Source: a virus
Virus record (IMG/VR): IMGVR_UViG_3300037504_000682
Coordinates: 35,176 to 99,175 of that record
Reading direction: 5' to 3' (one strand)
DNA length: 64,000 nucleotides
In this document: piece by piece, positions 9,567 to 19,226 of the stretch
Position numbering within the stretch: position 1 is the stretch's first letter
How the letters are laid out: every line of letters begins with the position of its first letter
Made by a program: the position numbers and the translations under genes
Notes under the pieces: model-generated
Seen by the model: only the letters and a program-made list of their open reading frames with translations
Told to the model about the DNA's origin: nothing
Database searches by the model: none

Positions 9567-9800
9567 TTATCCCTTACTTTCGTCTTCTTTGTGCTTTTCC
9601 AGGAATTCAGACAGAGGCACGCCGACGGCATCAGCAATTGCTCGCAGGGTATCCAGGCGAGCTCCGGGCTTGTACCCGTTTTTTACGATACCGTAAGTGT
9701 GACTGTACGACCGGTCGATCTCCCGGCAAAGCCAGTCGATGGTTTTGCCCATCTCGTCAAGACGCTGCTCCAGGAATGTTTTTTGTTCCTCTTGTTCCAT
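9567..9800 (-). CDS. XRE-family HTH regulator (repressor/Cro-like)
   Basis: HTH pattern ending RLDTLRAIADAVGVPLSEF. Confidence 0.8.
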   Translation of the reverse strand: MEQEEQKTFLEQRLDEMGKTIDWLCREIDRSYSHTYGIVKNGYKPGARLDTLRAIADAVGVPLSEFLEKHKEDESKG

Positions 9801-9874
9801 AATAGCGGTGGCCAGCATCAACAGCACTCTCCTTTCTGTTTGGTTTGGGCCGCCCCTGGGCGACCGTTTCTAAG

Positions 9875-9903
9875 ATAGTATCACAGCTTTCCGAGCTGGT
9901 CAA
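9875..9903 (-). promoter_or_regulatory. Sigma70-type promoter for XRE gene
   Basis: Minus strand TTGACC-17 bp-TACTAT with extended TG. Confidence 0.6.
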
Positions 9904-9909
9904 GACAGT

Positions 9910-9929
9910 ATATACACTTCACTATATAT
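9910..9929. promoter_or_regulatory. Operator-like 20-bp dyad, copy 1
   Basis: ATATACACT-tc-ACTATATAT; consensus ATATACACT-N2-AGTGTATAT. Confidence 0.6.
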
Positions 9930-10002
9930 TTTAAGGATTTCTCAGAACGCACGTTGAGAAGTCCGTCAAAATCGGTTATACTGGACAAAAACGAGGTGGA
10001 TA

Positions 10003-10713
10003 ATGCTTGAAGAGATCAAAAACGATCGCATCACCCTGATTCTTTCGGTTGTCTTCGTCCTGCTCTTGTGCGTTAGTGTTGGTATGGTTGGCCTGCTCGG
10101 TTTTTTATGGCTCAACCGTTCGGCCGAAGTGGCCGGCCCGCCGCCGGCCGAGTCCGCGGACTCCGTTACTGGCGACGAATTACCGCCACCCGCCGAAGAT
10201 GCGCAGCCTACCGAGGAGGCCCCACCCCCGGCCGGGCCGGTGGCCGATCAGCCCCAGGAGCCAGCCCAGCCCCCGGCCGAGATGACCGAGGGGGTCCAGC
10301 AGGCTTATCTCGCCCTGGTGACCTACGATTCCACCCTGGCGTTACTTTCCGAATTGCCCGGCCGTCCGGCCGACAGCCCGGAAGCCATTGGCGAGCGGCT
10401 GGGGGTCGTGATCGGAGCGACGGCCATCCTGGAGGCCGTATCCCAGAAGCTGGAGCAGGAGCCGCCGCCGGGCTTTGAGCCGGCCTGGGAAACGGCCCGG
10501 CAGTCGATACCAGTCACCCAGGGGGCACTGGCCGCCTGGTCCGATCAGGAAGTCAACCTGTCTCAAATGGCTGAGCAGTTGCCGTATACCCTGGTCGACC
10601 AGGCCGTCGACCAGGCCGACCGGGCCCTGGTGGAGCAGTACGGCGGCAGCCAGGCCGATCTGGACCGGATGCGAGCCGAAGCCGAAGCGAAGTTGGTGGA
10701 AGCTCTGGAGTAA
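10003..10713 (+). CDS. Membrane-anchored protein (possible superinfection-exclusion function, unverified)
   Basis: N-terminal TM helix, Pro-rich linker, in lysogeny module, followed by terminator. Confidence 0.7.
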   Translation: MLEEIKNDRITLILSVVFVLLLCVSVGMVGLLGFLWLNRSAEVAGPPPAESADSVTGDELPPPAEDAQPTEEAPPPAGPVADQPQEPAQPPAEMTEGVQQAYLALVTYDSTLALLSELPGRPADSPEAIGERLGVVIGATAILEAVSQKLEQEPPPGFEPAWETARQSIPVTQGALAAWSDQEVNLSQMAEQLPYTLVDQAVDQADRALVEQYGGSQADLDRMRAEAEAKLVEALE

Positions 10714-10734
10714 AATAGCAGCCCGCTCACCCTC

Positions 10735-10762
10735 AAGGGTCGCCACTCGGCGGCCCTTTTTT
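10735..10762 (+). terminator. Intrinsic terminator
   Basis: GGGTCGCC-actc-GGCGGCCC + T6. Confidence 0.75.
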
Positions 10763-10772
10763 GTTGTCTACA

Positions 10773-10792
10773 ATGTATACTGGAGTGTATAT
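10773..10792. promoter_or_regulatory. Operator-like 20-bp dyad, copy 2
   Basis: ATGTATACT-gg-AGTGTATAT. Confidence 0.6.
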
Positions 10793-10809
10793 TTTTAAGG
10801 TTTATCAGG

Positions 10810-10838
10810 TTGACAATATACACTGAATATTATATACT
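10810..10838 (+). promoter_or_regulatory. Near-consensus sigma70 early promoter with overlapping operator copy 3 (10816-10835)
   Basis: TTGACA-17 bp-TATACT; spacer begins ATATACACT. Confidence 0.85.
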
Positions 10839-10886
10839 AGAGATTATAAACACCCGTTAGAAATTCTTCACAGAAAGGACCTTTCG

Positions 10887-11180
10887 ATGGCCTACAATCT
10901 ACCGTTTATCAACGATTATCGAAGTCAACAGCCCGAAGCCGACAGCGCCCTTCCCCAGACCGAGGCCGCCAAGTACGAAGTCGAGTGGCTCACCTGGATG
11001 GAGCGCAAAACGGTCGGCCCCAAGAATTTCAAGGCCACCCTGGCCACCTTCCGGCGGGACTTCGGCCCTCAGACCGACTGGTCCGAAGACTGGTCCGTCC
11101 AACAAGGCGAGACCCTGCTGATCACCGTCGCCCTCCGGGAGCATATCCTGGACTTGTCCGCTCAAGAGAATAGCCAATAA
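10887..11180 (+). CDS. Hypothetical protein
   Basis: First ORF after early promoter, AAGGA RBS. Confidence 0.7.
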   Translation: MAYNLPFINDYRSQQPEADSALPQTEAAKYEVEWLTWMERKTVGPKNFKATLATFRRDFGPQTDWSEDWSVQQGETLLITVALREHILDLSAQENSQ

Positions 11181-11266
11181 AAAAGCCCCACCGGCCGGCG
11201 GGAGTACGGCCGGGTGGGGCTCCTTTAATTGGTGCGAAAGCACCGGAGAACACAAGGAGTATAGCA
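11179..11266 (-). ncRNA. Candidate antisense sRNA unit 1
   Basis: Minus-strand TGCTATACT (11258-11266) facing a GC hairpin + T6 terminator (11179-11221). Confidence 0.45.
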
Positions 11267-11269
11267 CAA

Positions 11270-11608
11270 ATGTCTCAAAATGGTAAAAGTTTTGTAGTCC
11301 TAAGCGATGGCAGTCTGGCCCCGGTTCCCGAGGGAGCTGACCCGGACTTCATCCGGCGCTTTGAAAACGCCAAGCTGGAAGCGGCCAAAAAGCCTAAGAA
11401 AAAGAAGCGCCGCTCCCGCCGGTCCTCCGGCTCCCGCTACGCCGGCAAAAGCTGGCGGGCCGACAGCGTCTTGGGCCGCAGCTCGTACTTCGAGCAGCAG
11501 GCCGAGACCTACGAGGCCACCCGGGAGCTGGTCGACCGGGCTAACGGCAACGAAGAGGCCGACGAGGATGAAGAAATCCAGGTCATCCTCGAAGGGCGAC
11601 CCTGGTAA
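11270..11608 (+). CDS. Hypothetical basic/acidic protein
   Basis: AAGGAG RBS, 112 aa. Confidence 0.7.
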   Translation: MSQNGKSFVVLSDGSLAPVPEGADPDFIRRFENAKLEAAKKPKKKKRRSRRSSGSRYAGKSWRADSVLGRSSYFEQQAETYEATRELVDRANGNEEADEDEEIQVILEGRPW

Positions 11609-11717
11609 AAAGCGAGCGGCCGGGTGCTGCGAACACCGGGCCGCTCGATAGTCAGTCTCTCCGACCAAAGAAAGGTGACTTGAGATGAGTGTAGCACAGA
11701 AAACCAGAGATCGTCAA
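11607..11717 (-). ncRNA. Candidate antisense sRNA unit 2
   Basis: Minus-strand TTGACG-18 bp-TACACT with extended TG, facing hairpin + T5 at 11607-11647. Confidence 0.45.
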
Positions 11718-12089
11718 ATGAAGCATTTAGAGAATGTAGTCGAGAGACACAATCTCAACCGCTCCATTTTGCTTCAGGCCCAGCGAACCGGCAACCCGGC
11801 CGCCGGCCTCAAGGTCGCTCTCCGCCGGCTCTTTCCGACCGCCGGGGCCACCGAAGCCGATCACCTAGAGGCCCCCGCCGTTGTCGACGAGCCGGGCCCC
11901 AAGCCCAAGCCGGCCATCCAGAACATCGGTCACAGTATTCAGCAGCTCCTGGGCCAGGAGCCGGTGACCCACAGCCCCAAGCCTCGGCAACTCACCGCCG
12001 AGGAGCGTGAGCGAGGCTACGCGGCGGCCCTGCGGCCGGACGCCTGCAACCGTAAGCGCCGAAACAACTGGCAGTTTAAGGCCCGGTAG
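11685..12089 (+). CDS. Hypothetical protein
   Basis: 134 aa ORF in operon. Confidence 0.65.
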   Translation: MSVAQKTRDRQMKHLENVVERHNLNRSILLQAQRTGNPAAGLKVALRRLFPTAGATEADHLEAPAVVDEPGPKPKPAIQNIGHSIQQLLGQEPVTHSPKPRQLTAEERERGYAAALRPDACNRKRRNNWQFKAR

Positions 12090-12362
12090 CGAAAGGACTC
12101 GGAAGATGTCACAGACCGTAAACGTCACCTCCAGACCGGCCGGCCTCGGCACCCACTGCGACGCCTGGCACCGCAATCCCGACCCCGGCGGCCCGTATCT
12201 GGTCCGCTGCCGGCGGACGGCCCGCCGCCGGCTGGTAATTGTCGACAGCCGGGAGGCCTACACCGTGAAGCGCTGCGACGAGTGTGCCGGCCGGTTGCAA
12301 GAGAAGGCCGCTAACGGAGCCACCTTTGAGATTTTATCTGATGAACCAATCGGAGCATTAGT

Positions 12363-12572
12363 ATGAATACCTACGACGTTGAAGTGAGACGGCAGGGCCA
12401 GCTGGTGGCCACGGTACGAACCAACGCCGACAGCGGCCTTGAGGCCTGCGACCGGGCCGAACGGAAGATGAAGGCCAGGCCGAAGGCCTGCCACCTGGGA
12501 GAAAATGGCAAAACACGAATAGTTTACTGGGCCGGGTTCGATACCTGCGCCCGGCAAGTGATAGGAGCGTAA
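12363..12572 (+). CDS. Hypothetical protein
   Basis: 69 aa ORF with RBS. Confidence 0.55.
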   Translation: MNTYDVEVRRQGQLVATVRTNADSGLEACDRAERKMKARPKACHLGENGKTRIVYWAGFDTCARQVIGA

Positions 12573-12575
12573 CGA

Positions 12576-13748
12576 ATGGGATTTCCAAAATTCAAACAAG
12601 ATCACAAAGAGCCGATCTTTTGCTGGCTCTACGGCGTAGCCCGGGGTGGCAAAACCACCCTGGCCCTGGACTTCATCCGGGAAAATCAGCCCGGGGTCGT
12701 GATCCCGATGGATCAGCGCTTCGAGGTCTACCGGGACCTGGCCCTGGCCGAAGGGGTCGATGTCTGGCCGGTCAGTGACCCATCTGACCCAACGGTCTGG
12801 GCCAGTGCCGATCACATTATGGAAAACCTTCGGCGCAACTTCCCCGGCTCCGGAGCCCGGTCGCTGGTCTGGGACAGTATCAGCCCCGAGTTCCGGCACT
12901 GGGTCGAGTGGGCGATGGCCTACGCCGACAAAACTCCCCAGGAGCGGCAGCAGGCCCTGGGCCCCAAGTTCAAGAATAAGTCGGCCCTGTTCCAGCCGAA
13001 GGCTCACTATATGGAGCAGGTGGCGATGATCGCCAATTACGGCGTCAGCTGCATCTGGGTCTCCCATGAGCACCAGGGCGGCGACCAGTCCGGCAATCTG
13101 GTGATGAAGACCTCGATCACCGACCAGGAGCGGCTGAAGTTTCAGCGCAACGTCAACCTGGTCTTGAAGGTTCACCTGAACAGCGGTCGCTACGGGGTCG
13201 AGATCGAGGAGGCTCGGAACCGGCCGGAGTTGAACGGCCGGGTGATCTGGGATGAGCCGGGCAATATGTTCAAAGGCGTCTGGAAGCAGATCGAAGCCGC
13301 CTTCTACGCGGCCCAGGTGGTCGACTGGGACCAGATCGAGCAGTTCGCCTCCGACCGGCAGGCGGCCGATCTGGCGATGGAGCAGACCCGGGAGGTAGAC
13401 GGCGAGATCGTGACGCCGTTCAAAAACGTCCACCACGCCTTAAACGCCCTGGCCCAGGTCAAGGAGAAGACCGGCCACCAGTCCGGGATAGACCTGGCCA
13501 AAGCCTGGAAGACCGAGGTCGAGGCCCGGCTGCAAGCGGCCGCCTCTGACCAGAGCAACCCGCCGGCCTTCAAAACCCTGGAGGACCTCCTGTTCCAGAT
13601 GCACCTGGAGTTCAACCTCAAGGAAGGCCCGGCCAAGAAACTGCTCAAGGAACTGGGTTTCACCTCCCTGCCCGCCAACGGCGGACTCCAGGAGCGGCTG
13701 GCCGAGATGTACGCGGCCGTTAAGGAGCATATGGAGGCGCAGCAGTAG
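12576..13748 (+). CDS. AAA ATPase, Sak4/AAA_24-like recombination protein
   Basis: LYGVARGGKTT Walker A, LVWDSIS, WVSHE. Confidence 0.7.
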   Translation: MGFPKFKQDHKEPIFCWLYGVARGGKTTLALDFIRENQPGVVIPMDQRFEVYRDLALAEGVDVWPVSDPSDPTVWASADHIMENLRRNFPGSGARSLVWDSISPEFRHWVEWAMAYADKTPQERQQALGPKFKNKSALFQPKAHYMEQVAMIANYGVSCIWVSHEHQGGDQSGNLVMKTSITDQERLKFQRNVNLVLKVHLNSGRYGVEIEEARNRPELNGRVIWDEPGNMFKGVWKQIEAAFYAAQVVDWDQIEQFASDRQAADLAMEQTREVDGEIVTPFKNVHHALNALAQVKEKTGHQSGIDLAKAWKTEVEARLQAAASDQSNPPAFKTLEDLLFQMHLEFNLKEGPAKKLLKELGFTSLPANGGLQERLAEMYAAVKEHMEAQQ

Positions 13749-13814
13749 TCAACCCAAAGGTCCCGGCTTGGCCGGGGCTCAATTGCAACCCTACGTAAGA
13801 AAGAGAAGAATAAA

Positions 13815-14765
13815 ATGCCTAAAACAATCGTTACTCACACGAACCCTGATCTGGACGCCGTAACGGGCGTCTGGCTGCTCAAGAGATTTCACGCGATGGC
13901 CGAGGCCGAGGTTGCTTTTGTCAACACCGGCAACCCTGACCCTGACGTTCTGGCCGAAGCGACCGCCGTGGTCGATACCGGCCGGGAGTTCGATGACAGC
14001 CGGCTACGGTTCGACCACCACCACCTGCCCGGCCAGGCGGCTAACGACACCTGCGCAGCCCGGCAGGTGTACGAGTTTGTGAATTACTTCCTGTATTCCT
14101 GGTCCGGCTCCTGGGAGCTGGACTACCTGCGGCCGCTCGTTGATCTCGTTTTTGCCGGCGACACCGGCCGGGATGAGGCCAATCAGAGCCGGGAGCTTGG
14201 CTTACACGCCATCTTTGCTGGCTACAAGTCAAGAATGAAGGACGAAAGCGAAGACGGCCGGGTGTCGGATATGGCCGTCCTGCAGATGGGCTTCAGCTTA
14301 TTGGACGCCCTGGAGACTCGTCTGCGCAAGCAGGTCGAGGTCAAGCGAGACCTGGCCCAAAAGGTCGTCTATAAGTCGGACGACGGCCAGGTATGGGGCA
14401 TCCGGCACGGCACCAGTGGGCACGCCTTTGCCGCCTACGAGGCCGGGGCGAGGGTGGTTGTGTTTGAGGGTGAGCCGACCGAGGTCGAGGGTGGCACCAC
14501 TTACCCGGTCGGCATCATGCGGGCCGGTGAATGGCAGGAGCCCCACGTTGGCGAGTTGGTTGAGACCATCCTGGCCGGCCTTAGAAATTACACGGCAACT
14601 GATGGTCAGGCAGAGGCCATTTACTCTGAGCTTGATAGCTGGTTCAAGCATCCGGCCGGTTTTTTCGCCGGTCGGGGGACGCCCAAGGCTCCGGTATTTG
14701 AGCCGGTCGAGATCGACCTGGCCTGGTTGGCCGCAGAGGTCTCCGACGCCTGGGAGAGAGAGTAA
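13815..14765 (+). CDS. DHH/MYG1-like phosphoesterase
   Basis: IVTH.NPDLD, VVDTG, FDHH motifs. Confidence 0.7.
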   Translation: MPKTIVTHTNPDLDAVTGVWLLKRFHAMAEAEVAFVNTGNPDPDVLAEATAVVDTGREFDDSRLRFDHHHLPGQAANDTCAARQVYEFVNYFLYSWSGSWELDYLRPLVDLVFAGDTGRDEANQSRELGLHAIFAGYKSRMKDESEDGRVSDMAVLQMGFSLLDALETRLRKQVEVKRDLAQKVVYKSDDGQVWGIRHGTSGHAFAAYEAGARVVVFEGEPTEVEGGTTYPVGIMRAGEWQEPHVGELVETILAGLRNYTATDGQAEAIYSELDSWFKHPAGFFAGRGTPKAPVFEPVEIDLAWLAAEVSDAWERE

Positions 14766-14778
14766 TCAGGAGAAAACG

Positions 14779-15777
14779 ATGATAGGTTATCTGGTAATCT
14801 GGCGCATGGCCGACGTGGCCGCGCCATACGACGACCTTGAAGAGCTGGCCGGCGCGGTGGGCTTCGACCTGGACTACATCCCCAGCCCGCCGCAGCCCCG
14901 CCACGCCTGGGAGAAGGCGACGAACCTCAAACGGCAGAAGTTGATCGTGCCGGAGGCCTACACCGCCCAGGTCAAAGCCAAGTACAGTTGCGAGCCGGCG
15001 GTGGTAGCCGAGACCAAGATTATCTCTTCCACCACCCGGCACCTGGTCCGCTACATCATCGTCAAGGGGGCCGACAAGCGGGACAAGCAGCTAGATATGA
15101 AGTCGGTGGCCGTCTTGAAGTACGACGACGACCGGCTGGACGACGCCGATAAGTTCGTCGGTCTCTACCATCCCGACTACGACCCCAGTGGAGCCACCAA
15201 CGGCAACATTCCGGCCCTGATCCACCGGATGCAGACGGAGTACCAGCGCCAGCTAAGTATGGCCGATGGTCAGGACGTGCGTTACAAAATCCGCTCCTAC
15301 CTGGAGAAACTGAGCGCCACCTGCCTGGCCGATGGGACCTACTTCATCCCCGGCGGGGTGGTCGGGGTCCAATCCAAGCTGGATAGCCTCCAGGCCTTTA
15401 TCCTGGGCCTCCAGGAGTGGAAGGTGACCGACAGCGCCCTGACCTGCCAGGTCTACAAGGTGGACGACGACGGCAGCGCCATTAGCCAGCGCAACCGGGC
15501 CGAGGTGGCCGAGGGGGTGATCCGGCAGTTCAAGACCCGGCTCACCTCGACGATGGAGGCCCTGACCACGCCTGATAAGCGGGGCCAGCTGGCCACCCAG
15601 CGGCGGGTCGAGCAGGCCTCGGCCGACTTCCTGGAGATCAAATCATCAATCAAACTGTACCAAGAGACGCTGGGCGAGGAGATGCAAGCCCTGGCCGATA
15701 TGCTCCATATGTGCCAGACGGCGATGTTCACCGCCCACGATAAGCTAGAGGAGAGCACCGATGCACACTCAAATTAA
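14779..15777 (+). CDS. DUF6744/DUF3150-like coiled-coil protein preceding MoxR-VWA
   Basis: Start ATG 14779 after AGGAG; GYLVIW...P.P..AWEKAT...GTYFIP pattern. Confidence 0.55.
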   Translation: MIGYLVIWRMADVAAPYDDLEELAGAVGFDLDYIPSPPQPRHAWEKATNLKRQKLIVPEAYTAQVKAKYSCEPAVVAETKIISSTTRHLVRYIIVKGADKRDKQLDMKSVAVLKYDDDRLDDADKFVGLYHPDYDPSGATNGNIPALIHRMQTEYQRQLSMADGQDVRYKIRSYLEKLSATCLADGTYFIPGGVVGVQSKLDSLQAFILGLQEWKVTDSALTCQVYKVDDDGSAISQRNRAEVAEGVIRQFKTRLTSTMEALTTPDKRGQLATQRRVEQASADFLEIKSSIKLYQETLGEEMQALADMLHMCQTAMFTAHDKLEESTDAHSN

Positions 15778-16996
15778 TGGTCGTACCATCACACTCACCC
15801 AGCCGGCCCGCCCTATTCGCGCCCTCCTGGCCGGCCGGGCCTGGCAGACCGACGAGCAGCCGGCCGATGGCCCGGCCGACCTGGCCCAGGTATCAAACGA
15901 CCTGCAAGCCCTGTGGGGTGAGCTTGAGGCCAAGTTCATCGACCGCTCCGAACTGATCGAGGCCGCCCTGACGGCTCTTGTGGCCGGCGAGCACACCTTC
16001 GTCTACGGCCCGCCGGGGACGGCCAAGACGGCGGTGATCGAGACCCTGGCCGCCGGGATCGGCGGCACCTTTGCCGAGCGGCAGATCACGGCCGAAACCA
16101 CCACCGACGAGGTATTCGGACCCATCGACGCTGTGGCCTTCAGCCAGGGCCAGTACACCCGCCGTTGGGCCGGGATTGCCGTAGCCGACGTCTTCTACAT
16201 CAACGAGGTCTGGGAGGCCTCCTCGACCGTGACTAACATTTTCAAGACGGCGCTTGAGAGCCGCAAGGTCCACGACGGCGACGTGGAGCGGGCCATCCCC
16301 CTCCTGTCTGCCATCGCCGACAGCAACCACGTCCCGACCGACAAAAACCAGCAGGCCGACTGGGATCGATTCCTGGTCCGGCTGGCGGTGGGCTACATCC
16401 GGGACGCGGGCCTGTTTGATCTGATGCTGACGGCCGATGCCGGCGGCACCCGGCCCTTCTACCCGGATCTGACCCCGGACCACCTGCGGCTGACGGCCGC
16501 CGCCGCTGAGCTGATGGCCCTTAACCCGCCGGCCGACCTCAAGGAAGTGCTGGTCAGCCTGTGGCGGGAGCTGGGCCAGAACGGTCGCAGCGTCTCCGAC
16601 CGGCGCTGGCGAAAGACCCTGAAGCTGGCCTGTGCGGCCGCCCTACTTGAAGGGGTCGACCCTGAACCGCGCCACCTGGCCGTGGGTCGCTGGACGCTCT
16701 GGAACGAGCTGGACGAGCGGGAAGAGGTGGCCAACCTGGTGATGAGCCAGACCGATCCCCTGGCCGGGGAGGTGCTGGACGCCGAGGCCCTGCTGGCCGA
16801 TCTCAAAAAGGCCCGGGACAGCATCGCCCGGGGTGATATGATGGCCCGGCAGGAAGTGATCAGCCGGGGCCGGAAATTGTCGAAGCAGGCTCAGGAATTG
16901 ATCGACCGGGGAGCCAACGGCTACACCGGCCGGCTCCAGACCGTGATCGAGCAGGCGGATCAGGTCTGGGAAGAAGTCCTGGATTGGAAGGTGTAA
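15761..16996 (+). CDS. MoxR/RavA-family AAA+ ATPase
   Basis: GEH...GPPGTAKT, DEVFGP, DRF, VSDRRWRK. Confidence 0.88.
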   Translation: MHTQINGRTITLTQPARPIRALLAGRAWQTDEQPADGPADLAQVSNDLQALWGELEAKFIDRSELIEAALTALVAGEHTFVYGPPGTAKTAVIETLAAGIGGTFAERQITAETTTDEVFGPIDAVAFSQGQYTRRWAGIAVADVFYINEVWEASSTVTNIFKTALESRKVHDGDVERAIPLLSAIADSNHVPTDKNQQADWDRFLVRLAVGYIRDAGLFDLMLTADAGGTRPFYPDLTPDHLRLTAAAAELMALNPPADLKEVLVSLWRELGQNGRSVSDRRWRKTLKLACAAALLEGVDPEPRHLAVGRWTLWNELDEREEVANLVMSQTDPLAGEVLDAEALLADLKKARDSIARGDMMARQEVISRGRKLSKQAQELIDRGANGYTGRLQTVIEQADQVWEEVLDWKV

Positions 16997-16997
16997 G

Positions 16998-18554
16998 ATG
17001 ACCAGACTGTGGCGAATTAAGGACGTTGAATCGATCTTTGAGGCCAACCGCTTCGATCTGGCCGACTACCGCCAGGCGGTGGGAGCTTACCCCCGCCTCT
17101 CGACGGCAAACAGCCGGGCCCGGGATGAGCTGGGCGGCGGCCAGCCGGCTCAGGACGCCTTCCTGGACCTGTACAAGGCGGCTCCCCGCCTGGCCGAACC
17201 CTGCCCAGCTGCCCTCTCCGGTCTGCGGCAGCTGGTCGAGCGGGGCCGGCAGACCCCGGAGTACCAGAAGCTCCGGGCCGGCAGCGTGGGCGATCTGGTC
17301 AGCGCGGCGGTGGGGGCCGAGGTCTACGTCGACCGGGTGATGAAGCACCTGCCCGATGAGGTCAAAGAGGCGATCAAGCAGCAGTCGGTCGCCCAGAAGA
17401 AGGCCGACGAGGCCCACCGGCAGGCCCAGGCGGCCCGAGATTTCTCCGAGCTGCTGGGGCAGATAATGGAGCAGACCGACGACCCGGCCCGCCTGCGGGA
17501 TTACGAGCAGCAGCTGCCGCAGGCCACCTATCAACAAGAAGCGGCCGAGGCCCGGGCCCAGGAGATGCAGGCGGCAGCCGACGAGTTTAAGGCCGCAGCC
17601 GATGAGGCAATGGCCGGCCACGAGGCCCAGGTCACCGCCGCCCTCAACCAGGCCGCCGGCCAGGCGGCCCAGGAGGGACAGCAGGTCAGCCAGGTGGTGC
17701 GAGGCTTCAGCCAGGCCGCCGGCGGAAGCGGGGAGTACGTCGACCCTGAGCAGGTCCGGGGCGTTATGGACCTGATGGCCCGTCAGCCCAACCTCCAGGA
17801 GCTGGCCGAGCTTCTGGGCTGGGCCCGGCGGATGGTCCGGGCCGAGTGGCGAAAGAGCCCCCGGGGCCGGACGGAGCTGACCGGCTACCGCAAGCAGGCC
17901 CTGGTCCCGTCCCGGATGGCCACGGCCGAGATGGCCCGGATGGTTTCGCCGGCGGCAGCGATCCGCCAGGACTGGCAGCGGCGGGCGGTCGATAACGCCA
18001 TTATGCACCGCCAGTATGAAGGCGAGAGCCAGGAGGGCCGGGGGCCGCTGGTGATGGTCCGGGATGAGAGCGGCTCGATGGAGGGAGCGCCCCACGCCCT
18101 GGCCGTGGCCCTGGAGTGGGCCCTGCTGGAGATCGCCCGGCGGGACGGCCGGCCGTTTGTCTGCATCCCCTTCTCGGGGGCGGGGCAGTCTGAAATCTGG
18201 CGAGCCCCGGAGGCGGGCAAGCCGGATATGGAGAGCCTGCTTCACCACCTGGGTCACTTCTACGGCGGTGGGACCGAGCCGTATAACCCACTGGCGGCGG
18301 CCCTGGATGTGATCGAGGCGGATGACCTGAAGGCCGACGTGCTGCTGCTCACCGATGCCGACTTTGCCTCACCCCCGGCCGACTTTATGGAGCGACTGGA
18401 CGAGGTTCGCTCCGGCCGGCCGGTTAAGATGGTCTCGGTCGTGATTGGGGCCGGGGGCCATCAGGCCCGGAAGTTCAGCGACAAGGTCATTTTTGTGGGT
18501 GACCTACTGGCCGACCGGGAGAAGCTGGCCGGGGCTGTGGGGGGGGTGGTCTAG
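16998..18554 (+). CDS. VWA-domain protein (ViaA-like partner)
   Basis: MIDAS DESGS, GGGT, LLTDAD. Confidence 0.88.
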   Translation: MTRLWRIKDVESIFEANRFDLADYRQAVGAYPRLSTANSRARDELGGGQPAQDAFLDLYKAAPRLAEPCPAALSGLRQLVERGRQTPEYQKLRAGSVGDLVSAAVGAEVYVDRVMKHLPDEVKEAIKQQSVAQKKADEAHRQAQAARDFSELLGQIMEQTDDPARLRDYEQQLPQATYQQEAAEARAQEMQAAADEFKAAADEAMAGHEAQVTAALNQAAGQAAQEGQQVSQVVRGFSQAAGGSGEYVDPEQVRGVMDLMARQPNLQELAELLGWARRMVRAEWRKSPRGRTELTGYRKQALVPSRMATAEMARMVSPAAAIRQDWQRRAVDNAIMHRQYEGESQEGRGPLVMVRDESGSMEGAPHALAVALEWALLEIARRDGRPFVCIPFSGAGQSEIWRAPEAGKPDMESLLHHLGHFYGGGTEPYNPLAAALDVIEADDLKADVLLLTDADFASPPADFMERLDEVRSGRPVKMVSVVIGAGGHQARKFSDKVIFVGDLLADREKLAGAVGGVV

Positions 18555-18817
18555 TGCCTCTCCTGAACTACAGGTTCGCAACTGCGAACATCGGCCTCAA
18601 CCTCGGTCAGGCCCTGGAGGACTATTGGACCAGGTTTGGACAGGAGCCCCGGGGCATCGTGGTTAACCAGAAGCAGCTGGCCGAGGCCCAGGCTTACACC
18701 CGGAAGATCAGACTGCCGGAAAACGTGACCATCTCCGGCAGCGGCGGCTGCTTTACGTGTGAAGTGTGGCTGGAGACGAATGGCGACCAAACGAACGGGA
18801 GAGGCCCTGATGGATGA
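18554..18817 (+). CDS. Hypothetical protein
   Basis: Coupled ORF. Confidence 0.55.
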   Translation: MPLLNYRFATANIGLNLGQALEDYWTRFGQEPRGIVVNQKQLAEAQAYTRKIRLPENVTISGSGGCFTCEVWLETNGDQTNGRGPDG

Positions 18818-19061
18818 TAGACATCTGACCATAGAGGATGCAAAAAGGATCATAAAAACTGGAGTGCCCGGGGCTGTGACCATTACCCAGATCATACACG
18901 GAAGGCCCATCAGCTGGTGGACGCCGGCCATAAACGAGATACCCATCAGTTCAACTGGCGATGTTTTGCAGTTCAGCAACCCGAGCGACGCCCTGGATAA
19001 GGCAATCGAGCTACAAAAAGAGGCCATAGCCAGGCGGGAAGTCGAGGAGGGCTCACCATGA
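18810..19061 (+). CDS. Hypothetical protein
   Basis: Coupled ORF from ATG 18810. Confidence 0.55.
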   Translation: MDDRHLTIEDAKRIIKTGVPGAVTITQIIHGRPISWWTPAINEIPISSTGDVLQFSNPSDALDKAIELQKEAIARREVEEGSP

Positions 19062-19226
19062 ACGGATTCACCGTTTATCTTGTCGTCGGCAGGTGGGCAA
19101 AACCCGGTGTCGCTATCGACGGGAACGTATTACGGATTGTTCTCGGCTTTATCGCCATTGGCTTTATGCTAACCGACCTTGAAGTCTTTATGGGAGAAAT
19201 CCTGGACGTATTGGAGGAGAAAACCA

